A stretch of DNA of 64,000 nt from a virus: positions 1 through 64,000 of the IMG/VR virus record IMGVR_UViG_3300045135_000252; one strand, written 5' to 3'. Numbering within the stretch: position 1 is the stretch's first letter; the number at the start of each line of letters is the position of its first letter. Shown piece after piece: positions 1 through 9,980 of the stretch. Under the pieces are notes generated by a model. The model was not told the origin of the DNA. It worked only from the letters and a program-made list of their open reading frames with translations, and searched no databases. The position numbers and the translations under genes are program-made.

Positions 1-1
1 G

Positions 2-319
2 AAAAAGGCGGGCAACAGAGGTGTTCGTGGAAGACCTCCCGGAGATGCGGCGGCAATTAATGAGATGAAGGCTCGGTTATTAGCCAGTCCCAAGTCTCGA
101 AAGGTACTAGACAGTATCGTTAACGCCGCACTGGACGATGAACACAAGAATCAAGCGGCGGCATGGAAGTTATTAATGGATCGAATGCTTCCAGTCAGTT
201 ATTTTGAAAAAGATGCAAGTGGTGGACGAGCCGCTGTCAACATTACCATCACTGGTGTTGGAGGAGAAACAACAATTACTGGTGTTGAGGAAGAAGGAGA
301 GGTCATAGACCATGAGTGA
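2..319 (+). CDS. terS: Terminase small subunit A (5'-truncated by window)
   Basis: Frame is open from base 2 (KKAGNRGVRGRPPGDAAAINEM...); GRPPG motif; lies upstream of terL. Confidence 0.6.
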   Translation, partial: KKAGNRGVRGRPPGDAAAINEMKARLLASPKSRKVLDSIVNAALDDEHKNQAAAWKLLMDRMLPVSYFEKDASGGRAAVNITITGVGGETTITGVEEEGEVIDHE

Positions 320-962
320 AGCGCAACGAATCTTGAATCTAATTGCAAAAGAGAAAGATATGTCTCCTGCACTCATCGAAGATGCGATGAATAAGATTGC
401 ATTCCATGAAAGTTGGGACTCAGAGCAACGCACTGGTATTATTCCTGATCGTGTACAGATGGGTGGTGGCCCCGGACGTGGAGCATTCCAGTATGAGATT
501 GGTGAAGGGAAGTCTGCTGAAGTAGGTCTCAACAGAATCAAAGCATTCTATAAAGATGTGCTAGGCGAAGAACCGCCAGAGTGGGTGCAAGAGTTACCTA
601 TTGATTATAATCCCGCTGAACTTTCTTTAGACCAACAACAAGTATTATTCCTTGCTGATCATCGGATGCGTCCTCGCTCTGACTTTAAGAAACTGGAGTC
701 AATGGATGTTGATGAATGGTGGGGACGTTACCATCAAACACAGAATGATCCTACTAAACGCCGTAAGTTTAGAACTCATGCAGGATTGTATGAAGCTGAG
801 GTAAAAGGTGAGCCGGGCTTTGAAGATATTCCAGTACCACCACAGGAGCCGGGTCGTCTGGATTTTGAGTTACCTCCGATACAGGTACAGCCTGTTGAAC
901 AGGAAGTATCGGGGGATGAATTGATGGGACGCAAGACTTACTTAGGACGTTTGTTTGACTGA
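312..962 (+). CDS. Hypothetical protein, possible lysozyme-like/transglycosylase fold
   Basis: 216 aa; HES...QMGGGPGRGAFQYE...WWGRYH resembles the catalytic-Glu/GxxQ layout of lysozyme-like folds; acidic Pro-rich tail. Confidence 0.4.
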   Translation: MSEAQRILNLIAKEKDMSPALIEDAMNKIAFHESWDSEQRTGIIPDRVQMGGGPGRGAFQYEIGEGKSAEVGLNRIKAFYKDVLGEEPPEWVQELPIDYNPAELSLDQQQVLFLADHRMRPRSDFKKLESMDVDEWWGRYHQTQNDPTKRRKFRTHAGLYEAEVKGEPGFEDIPVPPQEPGRLDFELPPIQVQPVEQEVSGDELMGRKTYLGRLFD

Positions 963-2211
963 TTTAAAAGTAGAGCTACTCCCGTGGCAACAAGAAGTCT
1001 TTAACGACACAACTCGTTTTAAGATTGTTGCCGCAGGTAGACGTACAGGTAAATCACGACTGGCCGCATGGATGTTGATTATCTATGCACTGCAAACAAA
1101 CAAAGGCCATGTGTTTTATGTTGCGCCTACTCAGGGACAGGCTCGTGATATTATGTGGCAGACGTTGCTAGAGTTAGCACACCCTGTCATCAAATCATCA
1201 CACATTAACAACTTGCAAATCACTCTTATTAACGGGTGTACGATTTCGTTAAAAGGTGCTGACCGTCCAGAGACAATGCGTGGTGTCTCCCTTAAGTTCC
1301 TTGTTATGGACGAATATGCGGATATGAAGCCCTCTGTATGGGAACAGATCCTACGTCCTGCGCTTGCTGACCAGAAGGGTGATGCGATGTTCATTGGTAC
1401 TCCGATGGGGCGTAACCACTTCTATGAGTTGTACCAGTATGGAGACATGGGTGACGATGAAAGTTATAAAGCGTGGCATTTCACATCTTATGACAACCCG
1501 TTACTCGATCCAGACGAAATTGATACGGCTAAGAAGTCCATGTCGAGTTATGCGTTCCGACAGGAATTCCTTGCAAGCTTTGAAGCAATGGGCAGTGAGA
1601 TCTTCAAAGAAGATTGGGTTAAGTTTGACGATGAAGAGCCTGAGTTTGGTGATTACTATATTGCAGTTGACCTTGCAGGTTTTGCAGATGTTGAGTCGGC
1701 GACTAAATCCAAAAACAAAAAGCTAGACCAAACAGCGATTGCAATCGTGAAAGCCAATGAGCATGGATGGTGGGTTGCAGATATTGTTCATGGTCGGTGG
1801 GATATCAAGAAAACAGCCAAGAAGATATTTGATGCTGTTGCACGATACCAACCAGTGGCTGTAGGAATTGAAAAAGGTGCGCTGAAGAATGCAGTGCTTC
1901 CATACTTAACTGATATCATGAAGTCAGGTCAACGTTTCTTCCGCGTAGAAGAACTGACGCATGGTAACAAAAAGAAAACAGACCGTGTTGTGTGGGCATT
2001 ACAAGGACGGTTTGAACACGGGCAAATAACTTTGAACAAGGGAGAGTGGAACGCCGCTTTCCTCGATGAGTTATTCCAATTTCCAAATGCCTTAGTACAT
2101 GATGACTTGGTTGATGCATTAGCATACATTGATCAGTTAGCAAAAGTAGCATACACATACGAGTACGAAGAAGACGACTTTGAAATACTAGACCCCGTAG
2201 CAGGATATTAA
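955..2211 (+). CDS. terL: Terminase large subunit A
   Basis: Walker A AAGRRTGKS, Walker B LVMDE, coupling motif FIGTP, nuclease motifs AVDLAG and HDDLVDA. Confidence 0.95.
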   Translation: MTDLKVELLPWQQEVFNDTTRFKIVAAGRRTGKSRLAAWMLIIYALQTNKGHVFYVAPTQGQARDIMWQTLLELAHPVIKSSHINNLQITLINGCTISLKGADRPETMRGVSLKFLVMDEYADMKPSVWEQILRPALADQKGDAMFIGTPMGRNHFYELYQYGDMGDDESYKAWHFTSYDNPLLDPDEIDTAKKSMSSYAFRQEFLASFEAMGSEIFKEDWVKFDDEEPEFGDYYIAVDLAGFADVESATKSKNKKLDQTAIAIVKANEHGWWVADIVHGRWDIKKTAKKIFDAVARYQPVAVGIEKGALKNAVLPYLTDIMKSGQRFFRVEELTHGNKKKTDRVVWALQGRFEHGQITLNKGEWNAAFLDELFQFPNALVHDDLVDALAYIDQLAKVAYTYEYEEDDFEILDPVAGY

Positions 2212-2212
2212 G

Positions 2213-4159
2213 ATGGATTACGAACAGGATTTTGCAAAAGAAGGTTCGCTTGAGAACTGGGTGATTAACAAGTGTAACACATGGCGTGATCACTACGAAG
2301 CAAATTACCAAGAAAAGTTTGATGAGTACTATCGGTTGTGGCGTGGCGTATGGTCTGCTGAAGACTCTATGCGTCAGTCAGAACGTTCACGTATTATTTC
2401 TCCTGCACTGCAACAGGCTGTTGAGTCTAGCGTTGCAGAAGTAGAGGAAGCTACCTTTGGACGTGGTAAGTTCTTTGACATCAAAGATGACATGGCTGAT
2501 CCAAACCAAGGAGACATTCAACTTGTACGCGAACAGTTAACAGAAGATTTTAATTTTGTTGGTGTACGTAAACAGATTGCTGAATGCTTAATCAATGCCG
2601 CTGTCTTTGGTACTGGTGTTGCTGAGATTGTCGCAGAAGAACGTAAGGAGTTTATTCCTGCAACGCAACCAATCCTTGATGGAGAGATGCGAGCAGTTGG
2701 GGTGATGGAGCGTAACCGTACTGTATTTACTTTACGTCCTGTACTACCACAGAACTTCTTAATTGATCCTGTTGCTACCAATATCCAAGAAGCATTAGGT
2801 GTTGCAATTGACGAGTTTGTTCCTTATCACCAAGTTAAGATTCTGCAAGAGCAGGGTGTGTATAATGATGTTGAAGTTGGTACAGCCGCACCAGACAGCG
2901 ACTTAGAGCCAGATCAAGATCTCACTGTACACTTTGAAGACAAGGTACGCTTAACGAAGTACTATGGTCTTGTACCTCGTGACTTGTTTGAAGCAACCGT
3001 GTATGAGATGGAAGATGAAGATATTTCTGAGGAAGGTACAGAGTACGTAGAAGCAATGGTTGTTATTGCAAACGGCGGTACTCTTCTTAAGGCTGAAGCA
3101 AACCCATACATGATGGAAGATCGTCCTGTTGTTGCATTCCCTTGGGATATCGTACCGGGTCGCTTCTGGGGTCGTGGTGTCTGTGAGAAAGGCTACAACG
3201 CACAGAAAGCTTTGGATACAGAACTACGTGCCCGTATTGATGCACTGAGCTTAACTGTACATCCAATGATGGCTGTTGATGCGTCACGTCTTCCTCGTGG
3301 TGCAAAGCTTGAGGTACGTCCGGGCAAAGCGATTCTTACGAATGGTAACCCTGCAGAGATTCTACAGCCATTTAACTTTGGTCAATTAGATCCGAATACC
3401 TTTAACCAGTCTGCATCGCTACAGCAGATGGTACAGATGGCTACAGGTGCTATTGATGCCGCAGGTATTCCGGGTTCTATCAATGGTGATGCAACAGCGG
3501 CAGGTATCTCAATGTCACTAGGTGCAATCATTAAGCGTCACAAGCGTACATTGATTAACTTCCAAGAATCATTCTTGATTCCTATGGTCGCAAAAGTTGC
3601 ACATCGTTACATGCAGTTTGACCCAGAACGTTATCCTGCAAAAGACTTTAAGTTTATTACAACATCATCACTGGGTATTATTGCTCGTGAGTATGAGGTT
3701 ACTCAATTAGTTCAATTGTTACAAACAATGTCACCTGAGTCTCCAATGTACCCAATGTTGATTGAGTCAATTGTGGATAACATGAACTTGTCTAACCGTG
3801 AAGAAATTATCCAACGTTTGCGTGAAGCAAATCAGCCTGATCCAAATCAACAAGCAATGCAACAGCAAGTTATGGAAATGGAGATTGCTCAGAAGCAAGC
3901 AACGATTGCAAACATCCAAGCACAGAACGAAGAGATCATGTCTCGTGTGCGTCAGAATGAAGTTGAAACACAACTACTACCAGAAGATTCTCAGACTAAG
4001 CGTATTGCGGCTATGGCTAAGGGCATGACAAACGTAGATGAGACTGATAAAGAATTTGAGCGTAGAGCTAAACTTGCGGAGCTTGTGCTCAAAGAACGTG
4101 AAATCGCAAGTAAAGAAGATATTGTTGAGCAACAAATGAGGCAAGCTAATGGTAACTAA
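2213..4159 (+). CDS. Portal protein A
   Basis: 648 aa directly after terL; PGRFWGRG motif and Gln-rich coiled-coil C-terminus typical of podovirus portals. Confidence 0.85.
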   Translation: MDYEQDFAKEGSLENWVINKCNTWRDHYEANYQEKFDEYYRLWRGVWSAEDSMRQSERSRIISPALQQAVESSVAEVEEATFGRGKFFDIKDDMADPNQGDIQLVREQLTEDFNFVGVRKQIAECLINAAVFGTGVAEIVAEERKEFIPATQPILDGEMRAVGVMERNRTVFTLRPVLPQNFLIDPVATNIQEALGVAIDEFVPYHQVKILQEQGVYNDVEVGTAAPDSDLEPDQDLTVHFEDKVRLTKYYGLVPRDLFEATVYEMEDEDISEEGTEYVEAMVVIANGGTLLKAEANPYMMEDRPVVAFPWDIVPGRFWGRGVCEKGYNAQKALDTELRARIDALSLTVHPMMAVDASRLPRGAKLEVRPGKAILTNGNPAEILQPFNFGQLDPNTFNQSASLQQMVQMATGAIDAAGIPGSINGDATAAGISMSLGAIIKRHKRTLINFQESFLIPMVAKVAHRYMQFDPERYPAKDFKFITTSSLGIIAREYEVTQLVQLLQTMSPESPMYPMLIESIVDNMNLSNREEIIQRLREANQPDPNQQAMQQQVMEMEIAQKQATIANIQAQNEEIMSRVRQNEVETQLLPEDSQTKRIAAMAKGMTNVDETDKEFERRAKLAELVLKEREIASKEDIVEQQMRQANGN

Positions 4160-4304
4160 GCAAGACGTGGACAACATTCTCCAACAAGTGAATGCCATAT
4201 TGCAGAGATTAGACGACAGAATCTCCGCATTAGAAGCGGAGAATAAGAAGCCTACTACCACAAGGAATACAAAAAGTCAAGCAAAAGACTTGACAAATGA
4301 CTAA
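4149..4304 (+). CDS. Small coiled-coil hypothetical protein (51 aa, not in ORF track)
   Basis: MVTKQDVDNILQQVNAILQRLDDRISALEAE...; overlaps the portal stop codon. Confidence 0.6.
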   Translation: MVTKQDVDNILQQVNAILQRLDDRISALEAENKKPTTTRNTKSQAKDLTND

Positions 4305-4318
4305 AAGTATGGTATAAT
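4290..4318 (+). promoter_or_regulatory. Consensus sigma70 promoter upstream of scaffold/capsid genes
   Basis: TTGACA-17 bp-TATAAT with an extended -10 TG. Confidence 0.85.
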
Positions 4319-4346
4319 ATTTGCATCAATTTACAGGAGAAACTCA

Positions 4347-4580
4347 TTGAGTCCTGAAGAAGAAAAATATTATGAAAATTATCTTGACTTATTCTTACAT
4401 CCGGGTTGGAAACAATTCGTAGAAGAAGCGCAAGAGACTCTTGATACACATATCATTGAAGATATCAAGAGTGAAAAAGAATTATTCCACTTACAAGGAC
4501 AACGCACAGCACTATTGAATATCGTGCGCTTTGAGACTGGAATAAAAAATGCATTTGACATGGAGTCTAACAATGATTAG
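4347..4580 (+). CDS. Hypothetical head-region protein
   Basis: 77 aa, TTG start after AGGAGA RBS; between portal and scaffold. Confidence 0.7.
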   Translation: MSPEEEKYYENYLDLFLHPGWKQFVEEAQETLDTHIIEDIKSEKELFHLQGQRTALLNIVRFETGIKNAFDMESNND

Positions 4581-4791
4581 GCGATATGATTTTAAATGCA
4601 CCAACTGTCAACACATCGAAGAGCAGTGGGTAGATTCATCTGATGAGTTTGCTACTTGTCCTGAGTGTGGAGACACAGCACAGCGGATAATCTCCGCGAT
4701 CCGAACACATTTCGTTGGTTCAGGTTGGCCTGATAAAGACGATGCGTGGGCTAAGGATCACGAGAGAGCCGCTAAAAGATCACATCCATAA
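4573..4791 (+). CDS. FmdB-like zinc-ribbon protein
   Basis: YDFKCTNC...CPECG; ATG at 4573 after GGAG. Confidence 0.75.
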   Translation: MIRRYDFKCTNCQHIEEQWVDSSDEFATCPECGDTAQRIISAIRTHFVGSGWPDKDDAWAKDHERAAKRSHP

Positions 4792-4815
4792 TGCTACGGC
4801 ACGGAGTTTAAAAAT

Positions 4816-5622
4816 ATGGCACGTTTTTTAGATGCTAGTCCCGAAGAACTTGAGGACGGAGAAGAATACTCTCCAATTGAAGAAGAGCAGAATCCGATAG
4901 AGGAACAACCTGCAGAACCAGAAGAGATACAAGAAGCCCAAGAAGAAGATGATATCCCTGAAAAGTATCAGGGCAAGGACATTAAAGATATTGTCCGAAT
5001 GCATCAAGAGGCTGAGAAACTTCTGGGTAAGCAATCTTCAGAGGTAGGTGAACTCCGAAAGATAGTTGACGATTTCGTTAAGACACAGCTAGAAGCCAAG
5101 AATAGCCCACAAGAAACTGTCGAAGACTTTGACATCTTTGACGATCCTGATAAGTACATTGAGAACAAACTTGCTAATCATCCGAAGATCAAAGAAGCTG
5201 AAGAGCTTTCTCGTCAGATGAAACAAGCAGAGATTTTCAACAAGCTCCAAGCGAGTCATCCAGATTTTCGTGAGATTATCCAAGATGAAAAGTTTGGTGA
5301 GTGGGTTGCAAAATCTAAAGTGCGTACTGAATTGTACCAACGAGCAGATCAAAAGTTTGACTTTGATAGTGCTGATGAACTTCTCACGTTGTGGAAAGAA
5401 CGTCAGAACTTAGTAAAAGAAACTACTGAGATGCAAGAGACTGATCGTAAACGCCAATTGAAGTCAGCTTCTACTGGTAATGCGAAAGGGTCAGGAGAGT
5501 CACCAAGTCGTAAAATCTATCGACGTGCTGATATTATTAAACTTATGCAAACTGACCCAAAGAGATACCAAGCCTTAAGTGACGAGATCATGGCGGCATA
5601 CTCAGAGGGTCGTGTCAAATAG
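4816..5622 (+). CDS. Capsid scaffolding protein
   Basis: Acidic N-terminus, IPEKYQGK motif, coiled coil; immediately upstream of MCP. Confidence 0.8.
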   Translation: MARFLDASPEELEDGEEYSPIEEEQNPIEEQPAEPEEIQEAQEEDDIPEKYQGKDIKDIVRMHQEAEKLLGKQSSEVGELRKIVDDFVKTQLEAKNSPQETVEDFDIFDDPDKYIENKLANHPKIKEAEELSRQMKQAEIFNKLQASHPDFREIIQDEKFGEWVAKSKVRTELYQRADQKFDFDSADELLTLWKERQNLVKETTEMQETDRKRQLKSASTGNAKGSGESPSRKIYRRADIIKLMQTDPKRYQALSDEIMAAYSEGRVK

Positions 5623-5640
5623 TGTTAAGGAGAATTTAAC

Positions 5641-6579
5641 ATGGCACTGGGTACTAACCACGTCACCAATACAACTGGTGCAACTTTCATTCCAGAAATC
5701 TGGTCTGATGAAATCATCGCGGCATACGAGAAGTCACTCGTTCTTGCTAACCTTGTAAACCGTATGCCTATGACTGGCAAGAAGGGTGATACTCTTCACA
5801 TCCCTAAGCCAACTCGTGGCAATGCATCTGCTAAGTCTGCTGAAACTCAGGTAACACTGATCGCGGCAACTGAGTCAGAAGTACAAGTTACTGTTGACAA
5901 GCACTACGAATACTCACGTCTGATTGAAGATATTACTGATGTACAAGCTCTTGCTTCTATGCGTCAGTTCTACACTTCAGACGCAGGCTATGCTCTTGCT
6001 AAGCAGGTTGATACTGACCTGTTCGCATTGGGTAAGTCACTGGGCGATTCTGACGGTGCTGACTGGGTTCACAGCAACTCATTCTACATGGATGCTTCTT
6101 CAGGTTTGACAGCTTACGCTGTTGACACTGTTGCGGCGGCTGACATCTTCTCTGACGATGCGTTCCGCGCGGCTGTCAAAGAACTCGATGACGCTGACGT
6201 TCCTATGGACGGACGCTTCCTTGTTGTTCCTCCTTCAGTAGTACAAACTATCCGTGGTATTACTCGTTACAACTCATCTGATTTCGTATCAGGTCAGCCT
6301 ACTGTAAACGGTAACATCGGATCACTGTACGGTATCGACATCTACGTTTCTACAAACTGCCCTATCGTTGAAACTGCCGCAGACAATGCCGCAGGCGGCG
6401 ACTTGAAAGCAGGTCTGTTGGGTCACAAAGACGCAATGGTATTTGCAGAGCAGATGGGTGTTCGTACTCAAACTCAGTACAAGCAAGAATACCTTGGTGA
6501 CTTGTTCACTGCAGACACACTCTACGGTGTGAAGGTCTTGCGTCCTGAATCAGCATTGGCTTTGATCTTCAACGCTTAA
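5641..6579 (+). CDS. Major capsid protein A
   Basis: 312 aa; FIPEIWS, KGDTLHIP, GRFLVVPP and DTLYGVKVLRPE motifs; strong RBS; followed by a hairpin. Confidence 0.9.
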   Translation: MALGTNHVTNTTGATFIPEIWSDEIIAAYEKSLVLANLVNRMPMTGKKGDTLHIPKPTRGNASAKSAETQVTLIAATESEVQVTVDKHYEYSRLIEDITDVQALASMRQFYTSDAGYALAKQVDTDLFALGKSLGDSDGADWVHSNSFYMDASSGLTAYAVDTVAAADIFSDDAFRAAVKELDDADVPMDGRFLVVPPSVVQTIRGITRYNSSDFVSGQPTVNGNIGSLYGIDIYVSTNCPIVETAADNAAGGDLKAGLLGHKDAMVFAEQMGVRTQTQYKQEYLGDLFTADTLYGVKVLRPESALALIFNA

Positions 6580-6587
6580 TGCTATCT

Positions 6588-6620
6588 AGCCCCTCTCCGG
6601 AGGGGCTTCCTAATTCTTTT
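6588..6620 (+). terminator. Probable intrinsic terminator after MCP
   Basis: AGCCCCTC-TCCG-GAGGGGCT stem-loop with a weak U-tail. Confidence 0.6.
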
Positions 6621-6635
6621 TAACTGGAGAGACAC

Positions 6636-7808
6636 ATGGCGATTTATCGTGGAGCAGGTGGTGCAGGTGATGCAACCAATGACATTACGATTAACCGTGT
6701 TACAGAACTAACACAAGATGCGGAAACTGCCGCAACTAACGCCGCCTCTTCAGCTACCTCAGCCGCCTCTAGTGCCACGAGTGCATCAACCTCTGCGACT
6801 AATGCGGCTACTTCAGCAACTGCTTCTGCATCATCAGCAACTGCGGCGGCATCATCTGCTACCTCAGCGGCTACATCAGCGACAGCGGCTCAGACTGCTC
6901 AGACTGCCGCAGAAGCGGCTCAAACAGCGGCAGAGACTGCAGAGACTAATGCATCAACTTCAGCCTCGTCAGCGGCTTCTAGTGCAACCTCAGCGTCTAC
7001 ATCAGCGACTAATGCGGCTACGTCTGCTACCAATGCGGCAACATCTGCAACTGAAGCAAGCAACTCTGCAACTGCGGCGGCTACAAGTGAAACCAATGCG
7101 GCCACTTCTGCAACCAATGCCGCTACATCAGCCACTAACGCATCGACAGCACAGACAGCGGCAGAAGCCGCAAGAGATGCTACACTAGCCGCATACGATA
7201 GTTTTGATGATCGTTACCTTGGTGCTAAAGCATCTGATCCTACAGTAGACAATGATGGTAATGCTCTAGTTGCAGGGTCTTTATATTTTAATACTACTGA
7301 TGGAGTAATGAAGCTCTACAACGGTAGTGCTTGGGTAGCCGCCTATGTGTCTGGTGCAGACTACCTCGCAAAAGCAAACAATCTTTCTGATCTACCATCT
7401 GCATCGACTGCTCGTACAAACTTAGGACTAGGCACAGCCGCTACACTAGACGTAGGCACTGGTGCAAATAACATTGTACAGCTTGATGGGACTGGTGCGC
7501 TTCCTGCGGTAGACGGTAGCAACCTCACCAATGTTTCCTCTGTGGCAACCCTGAATGACCTCACTGATGTAGACACTACAGGCGTTGCTAACGGTGAAAC
7601 CATTGTGTACAACTCAGGTACTAGCTCTTGGGAACCCGGTACAGCAGGTGGTAATACAACTACCTTTGGGCTGTGGGAACACGCTAATACAATCTCTGCA
7701 AACTACAGCATCACCTCTGGTAACAATGCTGTTGCGGCAGGGCCAATTACAATTAACTCAGGTATCACGGTGACGATTCCTACTGGATCAAGATGGGCGG
7801 TGATTTAA
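6636..7808 (+). CDS. Tail fibre protein with Ala/Ser/Thr-rich repeat stalk
   Basis: About 150 aa of AATSATNA-type repeats, then YDSFDDRYLG and ARTNLGLG motifs. Confidence 0.75.
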   Translation: MAIYRGAGGAGDATNDITINRVTELTQDAETAATNAASSATSAASSATSASTSATNAATSATASASSATAAASSATSAATSATAAQTAQTAAEAAQTAAETAETNASTSASSAASSATSASTSATNAATSATNAATSATEASNSATAAATSETNAATSATNAATSATNASTAQTAAEAARDATLAAYDSFDDRYLGAKASDPTVDNDGNALVAGSLYFNTTDGVMKLYNGSAWVAAYVSGADYLAKANNLSDLPSASTARTNLGLGTAATLDVGTGANNIVQLDGTGALPAVDGSNLTNVSSVATLNDLTDVDTTGVANGETIVYNSGTSSWEPGTAGGNTTTFGLWEHANTISANYSITSGNNAVAAGPITINSGITVTIPTGSRWAVI

Positions 7809-7809
7809 G

Positions 7810-7998
7810 ATGACTGTAACGATTAACGGTACAACAGGTGTGGTAGCTCCTGAAAACAAAATGGAACTTGGATACTTCTCCAATGACGATAGCGTTGACA
7901 CAGCAATTACAATCCCAACAGGTGATAATGCGGCCATTGTTGGCCCTGTGACGGTGAATGAAACAATTACAGTGAATGGAACTCTGACGGTGATCTAA
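7810..7998 (+). CDS. Small tail-associated protein
   Basis: 62 aa resembling the C-terminus of the upstream fibre (NAxxxGPxT...VI). Confidence 0.65.
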   Translation: MTVTINGTTGVVAPENKMELGYFSNDDSVDTAITIPTGDNAAIVGPVTVNETITVNGTLTVI

Positions 7999-8552
7999 TG
8001 GCTAGTGAACTTTATGTAGAAACCCTGAAGGGTCTAACAAGTGGCGCAAATGCCAACAAGGTGATTATACCGTCTGGGCAGACGTTGGATATTACTGACT
8101 GGTCACCTCCTGCGGGTACTGTCATCGGGCATCATCATCACACGTTTTCAACTCAACAACAAAGCACGTCTGATACGTTTGCTGATGTAGGTGATAGTTC
8201 ATTTTCTTATACGCCTAAATCAGACAACAGTTATCTATATATTACAGTCAACGCACATATCAATGTGTTTGCATCAAGCGACACTTCAGCAGGCGGAGCG
8301 TTCAATGTACTAGTAGATGGAACAGCTATTAATGAAGTCGGTGCTAACGCCTATGAAATTTTTTCTGGTAGACCAAGTAGCCAAGAAATAAACGAATACG
8401 CACGGTATATCAAACAAGTCAGGTATACCAATACATCAACGTCTGCCAAAACAATTAAGTTGAATTATAGGAAGTATGGTGGAACACGGATTACGTTTAA
8501 TTTGAATAGTAATTTCACTACCTCAATTACAGTTCTGGAGATCGCAGGATGA
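7998..8552 (+). CDS. Tail-tip/fibre-associated protein, paralogue 1
   Basis: Translationally coupled; ends ITVLEIAG. Confidence 0.65.
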   Translation: MASELYVETLKGLTSGANANKVIIPSGQTLDITDWSPPAGTVIGHHHHTFSTQQQSTSDTFADVGDSSFSYTPKSDNSYLYITVNAHINVFASSDTSAGGAFNVLVDGTAINEVGANAYEIFSGRPSSQEINEYARYIKQVRYTNTSTSAKTIKLNYRKYGGTRITFNLNSNFTTSITVLEIAG

Positions 8553-9034
8553 GCAAAATCTATGTAGATGAAATTGCCGGTATTGCCTCTGCGGACACTG
8601 TTGCGATTCCGGGTCATGTGATTCAGGTTGTCAACGTATCAACAACTACTCAAGTCCAAACCTCTTCAAGCTCAGATACTGATACAGGTTTAACAGCCTC
8701 TATTACGCCAACTAGCACATCAAGTAAGATTTTAGTTATTGCCACTGTTATGGGCTGTTATCGTCACACAGACAGCGCATCAACAAGATTACATTTACGT
8801 TTAAAACGTGATGGAACAACTATTAATGATTCAGGCGGTAATTTTGCACTAAATTCTACTTCAGTGCGTATGAGAGGCGAAATTTCCATGTCACAGCTAG
8901 ACAGCCCAAGCACAACTTCTGAGGTTGAGTACAAGATTGCTCTCAGTAGTGATGAAGGGTTGTCGTATGTTGCTGTTCAGAAGGATGGCAACTCAGGCAG
9001 AAGTTCAATAACACTCATGGAGATCGCAGGATAA
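8549..9034 (+). CDS. Tail-tip/fibre-associated protein, paralogue 2
   Basis: GLTASITPTSTSSKILV; ends LMEIAG. Confidence 0.65.
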   Translation: MSKIYVDEIAGIASADTVAIPGHVIQVVNVSTTTQVQTSSSSDTDTGLTASITPTSTSSKILVIATVMGCYRHTDSASTRLHLRLKRDGTTINDSGGNFALNSTSVRMRGEISMSQLDSPSTTSEVEYKIALSSDEGLSYVAVQKDGNSGRSSITLMEIAG

Positions 9035-9579
9035 TGGCTAGTATCATCAAGGTAGATCAAATCCAGACTGCGGCAGGCGGTACTCCAACAGCGGCTGACT
9101 TAGGGATCAATGTTGGAGGAAATGTCTTACAAGTCGTCCAAGCTCTAAAAACAGATACATTCACATCAACTGCGATTATGCCTACGTTTGCAGACATTAC
9201 TGGGTTAAGCGCAAGCATTACTCCAACAAGCACCTCAAGCAAAATTTTAGTTATTTGTAATGGCGGGTACGGTGTTTCCTCACCAAATTACGGTGCGGCG
9301 ATACGACTTGTACGAGGCTCTACTCCAATTGCTATCGGAGATCAGAGGGGTTCTGAAACAAGAGCTTCTGCGGCGACCCCTGTTCCGGGTGTTGGATGGA
9401 TGCAAATGTTCAACGTAACTTACTTAGACTCACCAAATACAACAGCAGCAACAACGTACAAGGCTCAACTCAGTGTTGAATCAGCTATCACAAGCATTAT
9501 AGGCGGGAGTTGGAACTCTGGTGCGGCGTATAACGCAAGCGTTCCATCTATGCTAATACTCATGGAAATCGCAGGCTAA
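9034..9579 (+). CDS. Tail-tip/fibre-associated protein, paralogue 3
   Basis: GLSASITPTSTSSKILV; ends LMEIAG. Confidence 0.65.
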   Translation: MASIIKVDQIQTAAGGTPTAADLGINVGGNVLQVVQALKTDTFTSTAIMPTFADITGLSASITPTSTSSKILVICNGGYGVSSPNYGAAIRLVRGSTPIAIGDQRGSETRASAATPVPGVGWMQMFNVTYLDSPNTTAATTYKAQLSVESAITSIIGGSWNSGAAYNASVPSMLILMEIAG

Positions 9580-9590
9580 AGGAGAAACAC

Positions 9591-9977
9591 ATGGCAAGCG
9601 TATCACAAGCCCTAAGTGAATTAGGCATCACAGAATGGGTTCTCCGTGGAGAGCCTACAACAGAATCAGAGTTCAACCAGATGTTCCGCAAGGTCACTGG
9701 AGCAGACGACAATGGTAGTGCTATTGAGTCGGCGAATCAGGCAGACTGGGGCGTAGACTGGGCAACAGTATCAGCCAAGGTCACTGAACTGACAGCGGCA
9801 GAGCCTATGAAGGCATTGCGTGAAGAGCGTAACCGCCGTATCGCTCAAACAGACTGGATGGCACTTGGCGATGTTACAATGTCAGATGCGTGGGCAACCT
9901 ATCGTCAGGCGCTACGCGACATTACCGATACATACAGCTCACTAGACGATGTGGTGTGGCCTACTAAACCGGAGTAA
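9591..9977 (+). CDS. Tail fibre assembly chaperone-like protein
   Basis: LREERNRRIAQTDW...W.TYRQALRDIT...VWPTKP C-terminal motif. Confidence 0.75.
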   Translation: MASVSQALSELGITEWVLRGEPTTESEFNQMFRKVTGADDNGSAIESANQADWGVDWATVSAKVTELTAAEPMKALREERNRRIAQTDWMALGDVTMSDAWATYRQALRDITDTYSSLDDVVWPTKPE

Positions 9978-9980
9978 GAC

